Below are positions 19,869 to 29,809 of a stretch of 64,000 nt of DNA, one piece after another (the stretch's first letter is position 1; each line of letters starts with the position of its first letter). The stretch lies in the IMG/VR virus record IMGVR_UViG_3300029705_000015; one strand, given 5' to 3'. Under the pieces are notes generated by a model that saw only the letters and a program-made list of their open reading frames with translations, searched no databases and was not told where the DNA came from. A program made the position numbers and the translations under genes. The stretch is from a virus (taxonomy: Duplodnaviria > Heunggongvirae > Uroviricota > Caudoviricetes).

Positions 19869-19916
19869 AACTATCTCTCTATAAGATCTTGTATATAATC
19901 TTATAGAGAGATAGTT
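19869..19916. repeat. Perfect 19-bp inverted repeat with the promoter-like motif in its loop
   Basis: AACTATCTCTCTATAAGAT-cttgtatata-ATCTTATAGAGAGATAGTT. Confidence 0.9.
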
Positions 19917-19932
19917 TCTACGAGGTACAAAT

Positions 19933-20811
19933 ATGTCAGTTATTGAAAAAACTCTTAATACAAGAATTGTTAATAAACATGGTACATATGCTGAGTGGAC
20001 TTCAAGTAACATTACACTTAAGAAGGGTGAGATTGCTCTTGTAGAATTTGCTACAACTGAAAGTGATGGCTCTTCTAGCTCAACTTACTTGATGAAAATC
20101 GGCGATGGTTCTACTGCATTTAGTGGACTTAACTGGTTATCCGCCCCTGCATCTGATGTTTATGATTGGGCAAAATCTGCATCCATCAATGATGTTGATA
20201 TTACTGGTAACCAAGCAATCATCACATTAACTGATGATCTTGATAAAGCTGAGGAAGCAATCTTAGCTTTGCAGAATGCTGTTACTGGCGGAATGCATTT
20301 TATCGGCATTTCTACAACTGATCCTGCAACAGGAACGGTTACCGTTGGTGGTGAAGCTATAACACCCGCTAGAGGTGATATTGTAATCTACAAAGTAACA
20401 GATACTGATGCTCGTGATGTTGAGTATGTGTACGATGGAACTGGTTGGATTGAGCTGGGCGATGTTACAGCTGAAGCAAAGCGTATTACTGCTCTCGAAA
20501 CATGGAGAGCAACTGCAGAAGATGAGATTGATGCTCTTCAGTCTGCAAGTCATACTCATACAAACAAGACCCTTTTAGACTCTATTGTTGCAGATAATAT
20601 TCACACGCACTCTAACAAGGGTGTTATTGATGGCATCACTTCAACAAAAGTTTCTAACTGGGATACAGCTTATACAGATTCACAAACAAACAAAACTAAC
20701 ATTGGAACTCAAACTGATAGAGTTAACGCACTATATAACATGTTAGGAGATGGATCTGAACTAGCAACAGTTCTAATTCTTGATTGCGGAACTGCAACTT
20801 CTAGTTGGTAA
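19933..20811 (+). CDS. Mtd_N-domain fibre protein
   Basis: LKKGEIAL..MKIGDG..FSGL; two HTHxNK motifs; ends LILDCGTA. Confidence 0.7.
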   Translation: MSVIEKTLNTRIVNKHGTYAEWTSSNITLKKGEIALVEFATTESDGSSSSTYLMKIGDGSTAFSGLNWLSAPASDVYDWAKSASINDVDITGNQAIITLTDDLDKAEEAILALQNAVTGGMHFIGISTTDPATGTVTVGGEAITPARGDIVIYKVTDTDARDVEYVYDGTGWIELGDVTAEAKRITALETWRATAEDEIDALQSASHTHTNKTLLDSIVADNIHTHSNKGVIDGITSTKVSNWDTAYTDSQTNKTNIGTQTDRVNALYNMLGDGSELATVLILDCGTATSSW

Positions 20812-20829
20812 TTTGTTATTACATAAGTT

Positions 20830-20863
20830 AAATAGAGCTACATTGATATGTAGCTCTATTTTT
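20830..20863 (+). terminator. Intrinsic terminator
   Basis: AAATAGAGCTACAT/ATGTAGCTCTATTT followed by Ts. Confidence 0.8.
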
Positions 20864-20930
20864 ATTGACTTGCTGTTGATACAATTGTATATAACAGTAT
20901 AAGAAACTTTATTGAGGAGTGTGATTAGAC

Positions 20931-23900
20931 GTGGCAAAATTTATTACACAACTAAGACACGGAACCACTTCTGACTGGCTCAAATCAACAGTTATTCCTG
21001 CAAAGAACGAGCTCATTGTTGAATACTGTGACAACGGTAAGAAAAGATTTAAGTTAGGTAACGGTCAAAGTAAGTTTGAAGATCTTCCTTATATCGATGG
21101 TGAGCTTGAAAGCGCAATCAACACACTGAGAAATCAGGTTTCCAATATTGTTGGATCTGGATCAGATACCGCAGTAACAGAGTTAGAAATACGCGATATG
21201 CGTGTTGGTTACGATGAGGCGGAATATGATACAGCTGGTGAACATATCAGAGCTGTTGGTAAAGAAACAGCTGATTTGAAAGCAAGTCTGAAACAATTTA
21301 TTGATGCGGCTGCTGTTGATGGGTTGTTATATGAAAACAATCTGTTGTATCTAACAGCTGGTGGTGTTATTGTTTCAGATCCAGTTGAAGTTAAAGGTGG
21401 CTCAGGTGGTGGAGACTCAAGTAATGTTATTCTGAAGATCAGCAATAACAACGGAGCATCGTCTCTATCAGCTGCAAATGGCTCTCCTGTTGTTCTTAAG
21501 TTTACATTTACATCTGAGGAAGACGGAGCACCCACTGGAGATTTTGCTTGTTCTATTTCTGTTGCAGGTAAAGTTGTTAAAACATTGAATCTGAAACAGG
21601 GTGCACAAGTTATCGATGTTTCTGATCTTTTGAAGGCTGGATCAAATACTGTTCGTGTAACATGTAGTGATATATACGGAAATAGTAGGAGTCTAGCTTA
21701 TACATGTACTGTTATTGATCTTAGAATCTCCTCGACATTTGATTCAAGTCGTCCTTTTGATGATGCAATTATCTTCCAGTATGTTCCTACTGGTGAAATT
21801 GATAAGACTGTTCATTTCTTGATTGACGGTAAGGAAGTTGCATATAAAAATGTTTCTGCCTCTGGTAGATCAATGACTCAAGAACTACCTCTACAATCTC
21901 ACGGATCTCACTCACTTGATGTTTACATAACAGCCACTCTGAATGATCAAACAATAACAAGTAATCATCTTGTTTATGACATCATGTGTGTTGAAGCGGG
22001 AGTAGAGACTCCTTTAATTGCGTCTGTTTATCCAACAACTGAGATAAAACAGGGCAACATTATTTCTATTCCTTATTGTGTGTATGTTCCTGGAAAAGAT
22101 TCAGCTGATATCACATTGAGCATCTATGAGATGATAAGTGGTGAGGAGAAAGCTTACGGAACACCTATTGAGCTGAATGTAGATCGTTCACTACATTATT
22201 GGAATGTTCGTCAATATCCTACAGGAACAGTTAGATTCAAAATCACCTATACCGATGAAAAGTATACTGTTTCTAAAACTCACACTATACTTGTCGAAAA
22301 ATCAGATATTGATATTGATCCAGTAACTGCAAGTTTAGCATTACAGCTTTCCGCAGTAGGTAGATCTAATGATGAGCGTCCAAGTCCTGCTCATTGGACT
22401 TACAACGATATAACTACAACTTTTAACAACTTTAACTGGGTAAGTAATGGTTGGGTTGTCGATGAAAATCTCGATACTTGTTTGCGTCTAAATGGTGACG
22501 CTAATATCGATATTGACTACAAATTGTTTGATAGAGACTTCCGTGAAATGGGTAAAACCATTGAGCTTGAGTTTGCTATTAGAGATGTTAATGATAGAGA
22601 AGCTGTTGTTATTGATTGTACAGATGGCAACATCGGATTACAAGTAACAGCTGATACAGCTACATTATCCGGCACTGGAGCAAAAGTTAACTGCACATAT
22701 CGTGAAAATGAACACATTAGAGTCAGCTTCACTGTCGGTATGGTTAACAATGGAACTAGATTCATCTGTACTTATATTGACGGCATCTTATCAAACATTG
22801 CTCAATATCCTGAAAATGGTAACTTTGAGCAAACTACAGCAAAAACAATCCATATTGGATCTGAACTTTGTGGTATTGATATCTATAACATCCGTGTTTA
22901 TGATTATGAATTATCTTCGGATGAAATTGTTCAGAACTACATTGCAGACACAACACTTCCTGTACTGAAACAAGAACTGTTCGAAGATAACGATATCTTC
23001 GAAGACGGTAAGGTTAGTTACGATAAAGTTAAGACAAAGATTCCTACAGTTTTGTTTATTGGATCTATGCCAACATTTAAGGGTGATAAGAAAAAGAATT
23101 CTGTTACAATGGTGTTTATACATCCAGATCATCCGGAATTAAACTTTACTGAGCTACTCAAGGAAATTGACGTACAGGGTACTTCTTCTCAGTTCTATGT
23201 TCGTAAAAACTGGAAGACAAAACATAATGTTGAACATCAACATATGGTCGATCAAGTTCCTGCAAAAGTATTCTGCTTAAAAGTTGACTATGCAGAAGCA
23301 ACAGGTACTCACAATACTCAAGTTGCAAACTTTGCAGAAACACTTTATTCTGAAAAGATTCCACCTCAAGCAATAGAACCTCGTGTTAGAACTACAATAG
23401 CTGGATTTCCTTGTGTTATATTTGAGCAAGAAACCGCAGATTCAGAACCGGTATTCTCTTCAAAAGCAAACTTCAACTTTGATAAGGGCGCTGAAAATGC
23501 ATTCGGTTTTAGTTCTGCATTTGATACAGAGTGTTGGGAATTCTGCAACAACACTTCTAACTCTTGTAACTTCTTGGGAGAAATTCCTGACGATTGGAAG
23601 GATGATTTTGAGCCTCGTTATACAGGAAAAACTACAACTGTAATCAATGATGAAGGCGAAGAAGAACAAGTAAACTGTTGGGACAGAATTGAAGAACTTC
23701 GTGAAAAGCAGAAAGCTCTTGCTCAGGATGGTAAGGCTCTTTCTGAAGCAGAACTGAGTGAACTTGCGGAGTTGAATAGAGATACTATTGCAAGATTCAA
23801 AGAAATGCACGATTGGGTGCTAAGTACTGCAACTGTTGCTCCGGTTGAAACACAGGATGACGATGGTAATGTTGTTCTAGGTGGCGTTACTGATATTGAT

Positions 23901-26900
23901 TTTACCAACGCTGCTGATCTTCCCGAACCAGTTATCTATGGTGGAAAAACATATTACAAGGACAATAAAGAATATAGATTAGCTAAGTTTGAATACGAAT
24001 TTGAAAACTATTTCAATATGCACTATTCAACTGTGTACTATGTATTCACATTCTTTGCGTTGATGACTGACCAGAGAGCAAAGAATATGTTCTTAACATA
24101 CTGGGAAACAAATGGTCAAGGTCGTTGGTATCCATATCTGTACGATAATGATACTTCTTTTGGCATCAATAACGAAGGTGCTCGTGTATTTGATTACTAT
24201 CACGAGGATACAGATAAGATTGGTACTTCCAATGTTTACAATGGTCAAAACAGCATCTTGTGGAACAACTTTAGAGTATGCTTCCCACAAAGGATTGCAG
24301 CAATGTACGCATCATTGCGTAGTGACAAGAAGATAACATATGATAAACTTGTAGATAGATTCATCACTCAAGGCGCTGAACAATGGAGTGCTTCTCTCTA
24401 CAATGAGGATGCCGAATACAAGTACATTACAATGGCTCGTCCTGAAAATGCAGATCCTGAAAAAGGCGTTGATACAGCAAACTTGTATCAAGTTAAAGGA
24501 TCAGCTGAGCATCATTTCAAGTACTTTGTTGAAAACAGAATCATGTACTGTGATAGTAAGTGGAACTGTGGTGACTATCCATCAGATTATGCGTTCCTTC
24601 GTATCTACACACCACAAGTCGTTGGAGGTAACACTCCTAAGTATACATCAACAAAGAATGATGACGGTACAATTGAAATCACAAGTAACTGGTTGATTAA
24701 CAACGGAACTGAAGATGTAGATACTGGATTAGCTGTTACTTTCGATGAAGATAACGCAATAATTGCTCCAGAAATTGTCGATAAGATTTGGCATATCAAT
24801 GGAGTTAGTACAAACATTGAAGTTCTCGGAGATCCGCTTGTTGTTACTCCGGATCCAAGTATTACAGTAAAAACATTCTCCTCAATGTACGCAGGAGTCA
24901 AGTACAAGGCTAATGGTACATTCCAGAGTCAAAAACTTATGGCTGGAGAGTCACATAAATTCTCTCCTCCAAATCCGAAAGAAATATTCAACGATACAGA
25001 AACCGGTATCTATGGTGCTAGTGAGATATCTTCACTTGGAGATCTATCTCCTCTGTATTGTGGTGTTATAAATGTTTCCTCTTGCAAGAAATTAACTGAT
25101 CTGATTATTGGTAATCACACGAGCGGTTACAAAAATGATAATTTCCGTGAATTAAGTATCGGTAGTAACAAGCTCTTGAAAAAGATTGATGTTACAAACT
25201 GTACTGGTCTCGGACTGGATCACGGAAACGGCACTCCTCAGTTAACACTTGATGTTTCAAACTGTCCTAACATCGAAGAAATCTATGCAGAAGGAACAAA
25301 CTTACAGAATATTCAGTTGCCTGATTCAGGTTACTTAAGAGTTCTACATGCCCCAAGTACACTAACATCTTTAACTATTAAGAATCAGATATATCTTACT
25401 GACGAGACATCTGAAGAACATCCTGTTCCTAACTTGAAGATTGACGATTGGTCAAAGATTAAACAGCTATTTATTGAAAACTGTCCAGGTCTTGATACTC
25501 GTCGGTTACTTGAGAACTGTAGAGATGATGAGGGTAACTGGACGGTTGATCGTGTCAGATTGACTGATGTGGATTGGACAGTTCCCGATGTTACTTTCTT
25601 GAAGTCGCTGTATTCCGTTAAGGGTAGCGACAAGCTCAATGTTAATACAGACCATGCATATCTTACAGGTAAGTGTTATATTGAAACACTTACTGGTGAA
25701 GAAATGGCTGAAATAAATAGCATCTACCCATATCTCGAAATCTCATTCGGAACTCTAACTGCAAAATTAACATTGAAAGATCTTGCAGGTGGAACATATG
25801 AAGTACAAGAAATTACTTGTTCTAACAATGTTGGCGGAACAGGAACTTGTCCTATAACTGCTGGTAGAATTCCTACTCCAACAAGAACTGGAAACGAACA
25901 GTATACTTATACTTGGGGCGGATGGTCAAGAAGCCTTGATGGAGATCCTGATCCTGATGCTCTTCTCAATATAAGAGCTGATAGAACTGTTTATGTTGCA
26001 TTTGTAAAAACCGTTAAGCAGTACGATGTTGATTTCTATAACGACAACATTCTTCTTGCAACTGTTTCAACTCCGTATGGTGGTGATGCAGCATATCCTG
26101 GTGAAGATCCAGAAAAATTAGATACTGCATACCCTGAACTCTATGATTTTAGATCTTGGTATCCAGAGCCTGTTAATATTACTGGTCCATTGAAATGTTA
26201 TGCTCAATTCCAGATTGTCGAAGAAGGTGGTTGGCATACACTAGGACTGGCGGACTTTGATAAGTCAGTTGATTCAACAAACAAGACGTTAAGTATTACA
26301 GCTTACAATGCTGTTCACCCTCTTGTTAAAGTTCCTGAAACATTTACAGTTGAGAGTGCGAGTTACAGTACGACTTCAGTCGCGGGATTCAATCAGTCAG
26401 TTGTGGAGCTTGTTGATCTTCCGAATACATTACAAACAATTTCTGCAAACACATTCAGTGATTGTACAAAGTTATCAGAAATTGATATTCCAACAAGTGT
26501 TAACTATATTGGATCGAGAGCATTCTATAATTGTACAACTCTTGATAAAGTTAACTACAATGCAGTTGAAGCAACTGCAGGAACATATAACGGTTATATC
26601 TCGCAAGGTCCTTTCAATGGTTGTGTTTCAAGTAAGGGATTCGTTGTTAGAATTGGAAACAAAGTTGAAGTAATTCCTGCTTCAATGTTCTCTCAAGGAA
26701 ATACTAATGAGAATACTGTTATAAGAATTGAGTTTGAAGACACCCCTGTTTGTGCGGAAATCGGTGAATATGCGTTTGCTCGTGTGTCTCTTGAAAAACT
26801 TGAGCTTCCAAGCTCTATCAAGAAGATAAAAAGTTACGCATTCCGTAACAATTCTAAGATAACTGAGCTGGTACTTCCCGAAGGTCTAACAACTTTAGGT

Positions 26901-27596
26901 GATTCAGTATTTGTAGAATGGAAGAGACTTAAAAAAGTAACAATTCCTAGTACGGTATCCTCTATTGGATCTAGTTTGTTTGCAAGTTGTCCTGAACTGG
27001 AAACAATCATTGTTGATAGTAACAATGCTCAGTACGTATCTATTGATAACTGTTTGATTGATAAAGTTAGTAAGCAACTGATTCAAGGATGTAAAACAAG
27101 TATTATTCCTGAATCTGTAACTTCTTTTGATTCATCAGCATTCAAAGGGTGTACAAATCTGATGTCTGTTGTAGTTCCTTCAACCGTAAGTGAAATTCCA
27201 AGTGAGTGCTTCTACGAGTGCACTAACTTGACATCTATTGCTTTCCGTGGTAATGTAACAAACATTCGTGCTCAAGCATTCTACTCTTGTTATAACTTAG
27301 ATATCAATCTTCCTGATTCAGTTACTTCGATCGGAACGAATGCATTCTCATATAACAAAGTTACAGAAACTCTTACAATGCCGTCTAAGTTGACAAACAT
27401 TGGAGCTAAAGCATTCTCTAGTTGTGAAAAGTTAACAACAGTTGACTTCCGTAATGTTGAAGATCTTCCAACAATTTCTGATGACGCCTTTGCAAGTTGT
27501 GCTGCTTTGACGGAAATCATTGTTCCTTGGGAAGAAAACAAAGTTGTTGGAGCACCTTGGGGAGCTACAAATGCAACTATCAAGTATAATTCATGA
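20931..27596 (+). CDS. Giant 2221-aa tail/adhesin protein: Mtd_N, Ig-like, LamG/ConA-like, CotH-kinase-like, LRR, BspA (LRR_5) C-terminus
   Basis: KLGNG..FEDLPY; IYNIRVYD; QGTSS..RKN, DQRAKNMF, YDNDTSFG; many IP.SV..IG..AF..C repeats. Confidence 0.75.
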   Translation: MAKFITQLRHGTTSDWLKSTVIPAKNELIVEYCDNGKKRFKLGNGQSKFEDLPYIDGELESAINTLRNQVSNIVGSGSDTAVTELEIRDMRVGYDEAEYDTAGEHIRAVGKETADLKASLKQFIDAAAVDGLLYENNLLYLTAGGVIVSDPVEVKGGSGGGDSSNVILKISNNNGASSLSAANGSPVVLKFTFTSEEDGAPTGDFACSISVAGKVVKTLNLKQGAQVIDVSDLLKAGSNTVRVTCSDIYGNSRSLAYTCTVIDLRISSTFDSSRPFDDAIIFQYVPTGEIDKTVHFLIDGKEVAYKNVSASGRSMTQELPLQSHGSHSLDVYITATLNDQTITSNHLVYDIMCVEAGVETPLIASVYPTTEIKQGNIISIPYCVYVPGKDSADITLSIYEMISGEEKAYGTPIELNVDRSLHYWNVRQYPTGTVRFKITYTDEKYTVSKTHTILVEKSDIDIDPVTASLALQLSAVGRSNDERPSPAHWTYNDITTTFNNFNWVSNGWVVDENLDTCLRLNGDANIDIDYKLFDRDFREMGKTIELEFAIRDVNDREAVVIDCTDGNIGLQVTADTATLSGTGAKVNCTYRENEHIRVSFTVGMVNNGTRFICTYIDGILSNIAQYPENGNFEQTTAKTIHIGSELCGIDIYNIRVYDYELSSDEIVQNYIADTTLPVLKQELFEDNDIFEDGKVSYDKVKTKIPTVLFIGSMPTFKGDKKKNSVTMVFIHPDHPELNFTELLKEIDVQGTSSQFYVRKNWKTKHNVEHQHMVDQVPAKVFCLKVDYAEATGTHNTQVANFAETLYSEKIPPQAIEPRVRTTIAGFPCVIFEQETADSEPVFSSKANFNFDKGAENAFGFSSAFDTECWEFCNNTSNSCNFLGEIPDDWKDDFEPRYTGKTTTVINDEGEEEQVNCWDRIEELREKQKALAQDGKALSEAELSELAELNRDTIARFKEMHDWVLSTATVAPVETQDDDGNVVLGGVTDIDFTNAADLPEPVIYGGKTYYKDNKEYRLAKFEYEFENYFNMHYSTVYYVFTFFALMTDQRAKNMFLTYWETNGQGRWYPYLYDNDTSFGINNEGARVFDYYHEDTDKIGTSNVYNGQNSILWNNFRVCFPQRIAAMYASLRSDKKITYDKLVDRFITQGAEQWSASLYNEDAEYKYITMARPENADPEKGVDTANLYQVKGSAEHHFKYFVENRIMYCDSKWNCGDYPSDYAFLRIYTPQVVGGNTPKYTSTKNDDGTIEITSNWLINNGTEDVDTGLAVTFDEDNAIIAPEIVDKIWHINGVSTNIEVLGDPLVVTPDPSITVKTFSSMYAGVKYKANGTFQSQKLMAGESHKFSPPNPKEIFNDTETGIYGASEISSLGDLSPLYCGVINVSSCKKLTDLIIGNHTSGYKNDNFRELSIGSNKLLKKIDVTNCTGLGLDHGNGTPQLTLDVSNCPNIEEIYAEGTNLQNIQLPDSGYLRVLHAPSTLTSLTIKNQIYLTDETSEEHPVPNLKIDDWSKIKQLFIENCPGLDTRRLLENCRDDEGNWTVDRVRLTDVDWTVPDVTFLKSLYSVKGSDKLNVNTDHAYLTGKCYIETLTGEEMAEINSIYPYLEISFGTLTAKLTLKDLAGGTYEVQEITCSNNVGGTGTCPITAGRIPTPTRTGNEQYTYTWGGWSRSLDGDPDPDALLNIRADRTVYVAFVKTVKQYDVDFYNDNILLATVSTPYGGDAAYPGEDPEKLDTAYPELYDFRSWYPEPVNITGPLKCYAQFQIVEEGGWHTLGLADFDKSVDSTNKTLSITAYNAVHPLVKVPETFTVESASYSTTSVAGFNQSVVELVDLPNTLQTISANTFSDCTKLSEIDIPTSVNYIGSRAFYNCTTLDKVNYNAVEATAGTYNGYISQGPFNGCVSSKGFVVRIGNKVEVIPASMFSQGNTNENTVIRIEFEDTPVCAEIGEYAFARVSLEKLELPSSIKKIKSYAFRNNSKITELVLPEGLTTLGDSVFVEWKRLKKVTIPSTVSSIGSSLFASCPELETIIVDSNNAQYVSIDNCLIDKVSKQLIQGCKTSIIPESVTSFDSSAFKGCTNLMSVVVPSTVSEIPSECFYECTNLTSIAFRGNVTNIRAQAFYSCYNLDINLPDSVTSIGTNAFSYNKVTETLTMPSKLTNIGAKAFSSCEKLTTVDFRNVEDLPTISDDAFASCAALTEIIVPWEENKVVGAPWGATNATIKYNS

Positions 27597-28309
27597 GGAG
27601 TATGTACATGTATAAAGTAGTTACAGATGGAATAGTTGTTGACTTACTTGAAACTGTTAAATATGTTCGTTGGCTCAATAAGTCAAAGAAATTTGTTTTA
27701 ACAGATAAAACGAGTGCTCATGGAATATATAGTTCAACTGGTAAAACAGTTTATACACTTGAGGGAGCAAAACTCCCTCAAGTGCTTCCAAATAAAGTTG
27801 TAAAACTTATACCAGTAACCGAGGCAGAGTTTGAACGATTAAGTACTCTGCTTCATGGTAAGCATTCTATTGATGCCGAAACAACATTGATTGTTGATGC
27901 AAGAAACAACAAGATCAACGAGCTGTCCTTAGCTTGTAAGAATGCTATTGAAAACGGCGTCAGTGTGTTATTTTCAGATAATGTAGCACATCATTTTAGA
28001 TTGACACTTGAAGATCAGTTGAATTTGCAGCTTCTCGAAAAGGAAATTCAATCAGGAAGTTTAGCTGTTCTGTATCATGAAACAGGAAAGGTTTCCGAGC
28101 TTTATAGATCAACAGATATACTGAAACTTATTAAATCTGCTGATTCTCATAGAAAATATCACACAACATACTTTAATCTTCTCAAACATTGTGTTTACAA
28201 CATGTACAATCGTGATCAGATAAATGAAGTGTTCTACGGAATATCTCTAGAGGATCTTCCTATGACGCCTGAGTTGAGACAACTGGCAAAGGAGCAACAC
28301 ATTGGCTAA
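27593..28309 (+). CDS. Fibre-associated protein (DUF4376/chaperone-like)
   Basis: C...I.NG....HF.LTLEDQLNL..YH...HTTYFN; follows the giant fibre gene. Confidence 0.55.
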   Translation: MRSMYMYKVVTDGIVVDLLETVKYVRWLNKSKKFVLTDKTSAHGIYSSTGKTVYTLEGAKLPQVLPNKVVKLIPVTEAEFERLSTLLHGKHSIDAETTLIVDARNNKINELSLACKNAIENGVSVLFSDNVAHHFRLTLEDQLNLQLLEKEIQSGSLAVLYHETGKVSELYRSTDILKLIKSADSHRKYHTTYFNLLKHCVYNMYNRDQINEVFYGISLEDLPMTPELRQLAKEQHIG

Positions 28310-28586
28310 TAACAACACACTTTTTGCTAGATTAGTAAACATTCATGATATAGAAGCAAATTGGAATAGAACATTTAATTTCATTCCGAGGGCTGGTGAG
28401 ATTATTGTTTATGATCCAGACACAACTTATTCTTATTCAAGATTCAAAGTAGGAGATGGATTAACAGATGTTAAGAATCTTCCTTTTGTTCATGAAACAA
28501 CAATAGATGCATTTGCAGCTAAGTTCTTTGGATCCTTAAATGACGATGTTGTTTACTTGAATGCAGGAAATATCAAAGATTATTAA
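28302..28586 (+). CDS. Stand-alone Mtd_N-domain protein
   Basis: HDIEANW..FIPRAGEIIVY..FKVGDG..V.NLPF; ends YLNAGN. Confidence 0.7.
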   Translation: MANNNTLFARLVNIHDIEANWNRTFNFIPRAGEIIVYDPDTTYSYSRFKVGDGLTDVKNLPFVHETTIDAFAAKFFGSLNDDVVYLNAGNIKDY

Positions 28587-28598
28587 GGAGAGCTATAC

Positions 28599-28880
28599 AT
28601 GGCAAATGGATATGATCCTATAAACTGGGAAAATAACATAACTCCACTTAGTGCTGAAAATTTGAACAAGATGGATCGAGCCATTGATAATCTTTATGAT
28701 AATATGCAGGCTTGGACAGAACTTCAAACAAAGCTGCCTGAATGGAAAGATTCAATTGCAGGAAATGATGCAAGATTCGCTGAGCTGAATAATGCAATTG
28801 AGCAGATTGAACCAAAACTACTTACAACAAGTTTTGATTCTACAACAGGAACATTAAAGATAAAATTGAAAACAACTTGA
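28599..28880 (+). CDS. Small virion protein
   Basis: W....TPLSAENLNKMD..I motif common in tail proteins; AAGGAG SD. Confidence 0.6.
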   Translation: MANGYDPINWENNITPLSAENLNKMDRAIDNLYDNMQAWTELQTKLPEWKDSIAGNDARFAELNNAIEQIEPKLLTTSFDSTTGTLKIKLKTT

Positions 28881-28919
28881 ATAAAAATAACACGAGATAT
28901 TTTCTCGTGTTATTTTTAT
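28881..28919 (+). terminator. Intrinsic (possibly bidirectional) terminator
   Basis: 17-bp arms ATAAAAATAACACGAGA/TCTCGTGTTATTTTTAT. Confidence 0.8.
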
Positions 28920-28925
28920 GTTTAC

Positions 28926-28936
28926 TTGTATATAAT
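28926..28936 (+). promoter_or_regulatory. TTGTATATAAT promoter-like motif heading the packaging operon
   Basis: Lies between the terminator and the AAGGA SD of ATG 28967. Confidence 0.6.
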
Positions 28937-28966
28937 AATATAATTACCATTAAGGAATACTATGTT

Positions 28967-29791
28967 ATGAAGTACACAGACGATATGTTTGAAGGATATC
29001 TTGATGCAGAACAAAAGTTCTATGATTACAGAACGCAATCCGTATCGGGATCTAATATTTTCGATGAGAATACAACGGGAGTTTCCTTCTACGATCAATT
29101 TCTTGGGACTTCAGAATTAGATTACTTGCGAGATAAGAAGAATCTTGTTGGTTCAATTGTTTACATGAGTCCGAATGAGTACTACAAAGAGTGCGGTGAA
29201 CATGCTTTTGGACGACGCAAAGTGACAGCACAATCATTGAAAGATCAACGAGCTGCAGATAAAAGTACTCTTGAACATCTAAAACAAGTAATCCAGATAT
29301 ATAGAAGAAGATTTCCTCTTCCATACATCAACTATGCAGAAGGTGGCCAAGAAGGTCTTCACAGAATGTATGTTGCTGGAGAGCTACTTGGATGGGATAG
29401 CCCTAAACATCCAGTCCTTGTTATACACTGGGCGGATGAAGCAAGGCATCAGAAAGAAGTTAAAGCAAAGTTTGATTTCGAGATTGAGTCTGCTATCCGA
29501 AAGGGAGTTAAGGATGCTTTACAGTACAACTTCACTGATATAGAAGATCTAAGAACTCAGTTAGAATTCAGTTTAGATAGAACTTTTGAATTCATTGATG
29601 AAGTTAAGAAACCTGTAGACTTCCAACTAACAGAAAAGAACAATGAGTGTGTAGTCAAAGTTCTTGATATAGAATATTCCTTCCCGAAAGAAGATATTCA
29701 TTTTGTTGAAAAGGGTTGGGATGAAGACGATCTTGATGATATTGAGCTTGATGGCGACATTGATGCATTTCTTGCCAAATATCTAAAATGA
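28967..29791 (+). CDS. ParB/Srx-like domain protein
   Basis: MSPNEY..PLPYI..QEGLHR.....P.LVI resembles the DGxHR motif. Start moved from 28877, which overlaps the terminator. Confidence 0.55.
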   Translation: MKYTDDMFEGYLDAEQKFYDYRTQSVSGSNIFDENTTGVSFYDQFLGTSELDYLRDKKNLVGSIVYMSPNEYYKECGEHAFGRRKVTAQSLKDQRAADKSTLEHLKQVIQIYRRRFPLPYINYAEGGQEGLHRMYVAGELLGWDSPKHPVLVIHWADEARHQKEVKAKFDFEIESAIRKGVKDALQYNFTDIEDLRTQLEFSLDRTFEFIDEVKKPVDFQLTEKNNECVVKVLDIEYSFPKEDIHFVEKGWDEDDLDDIELDGDIDAFLAKYLK

Positions 29792-29809
29792 TAACCACAA
29801 GGAGTACTG

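Noticed and set aside
26300-27596. BspA C-terminus as a diversity-generating retroelement target
   Set aside because: No template repeat differing at adenines and no reverse transcriptase in the window; similarity to 53270-53400 is protein-level only
28877-28966. Hydrophobic N-terminal extension resembling a signal peptide
   Set aside because: It is the translation of a terminator palindrome and promoter region; the SD supports ATG 28967
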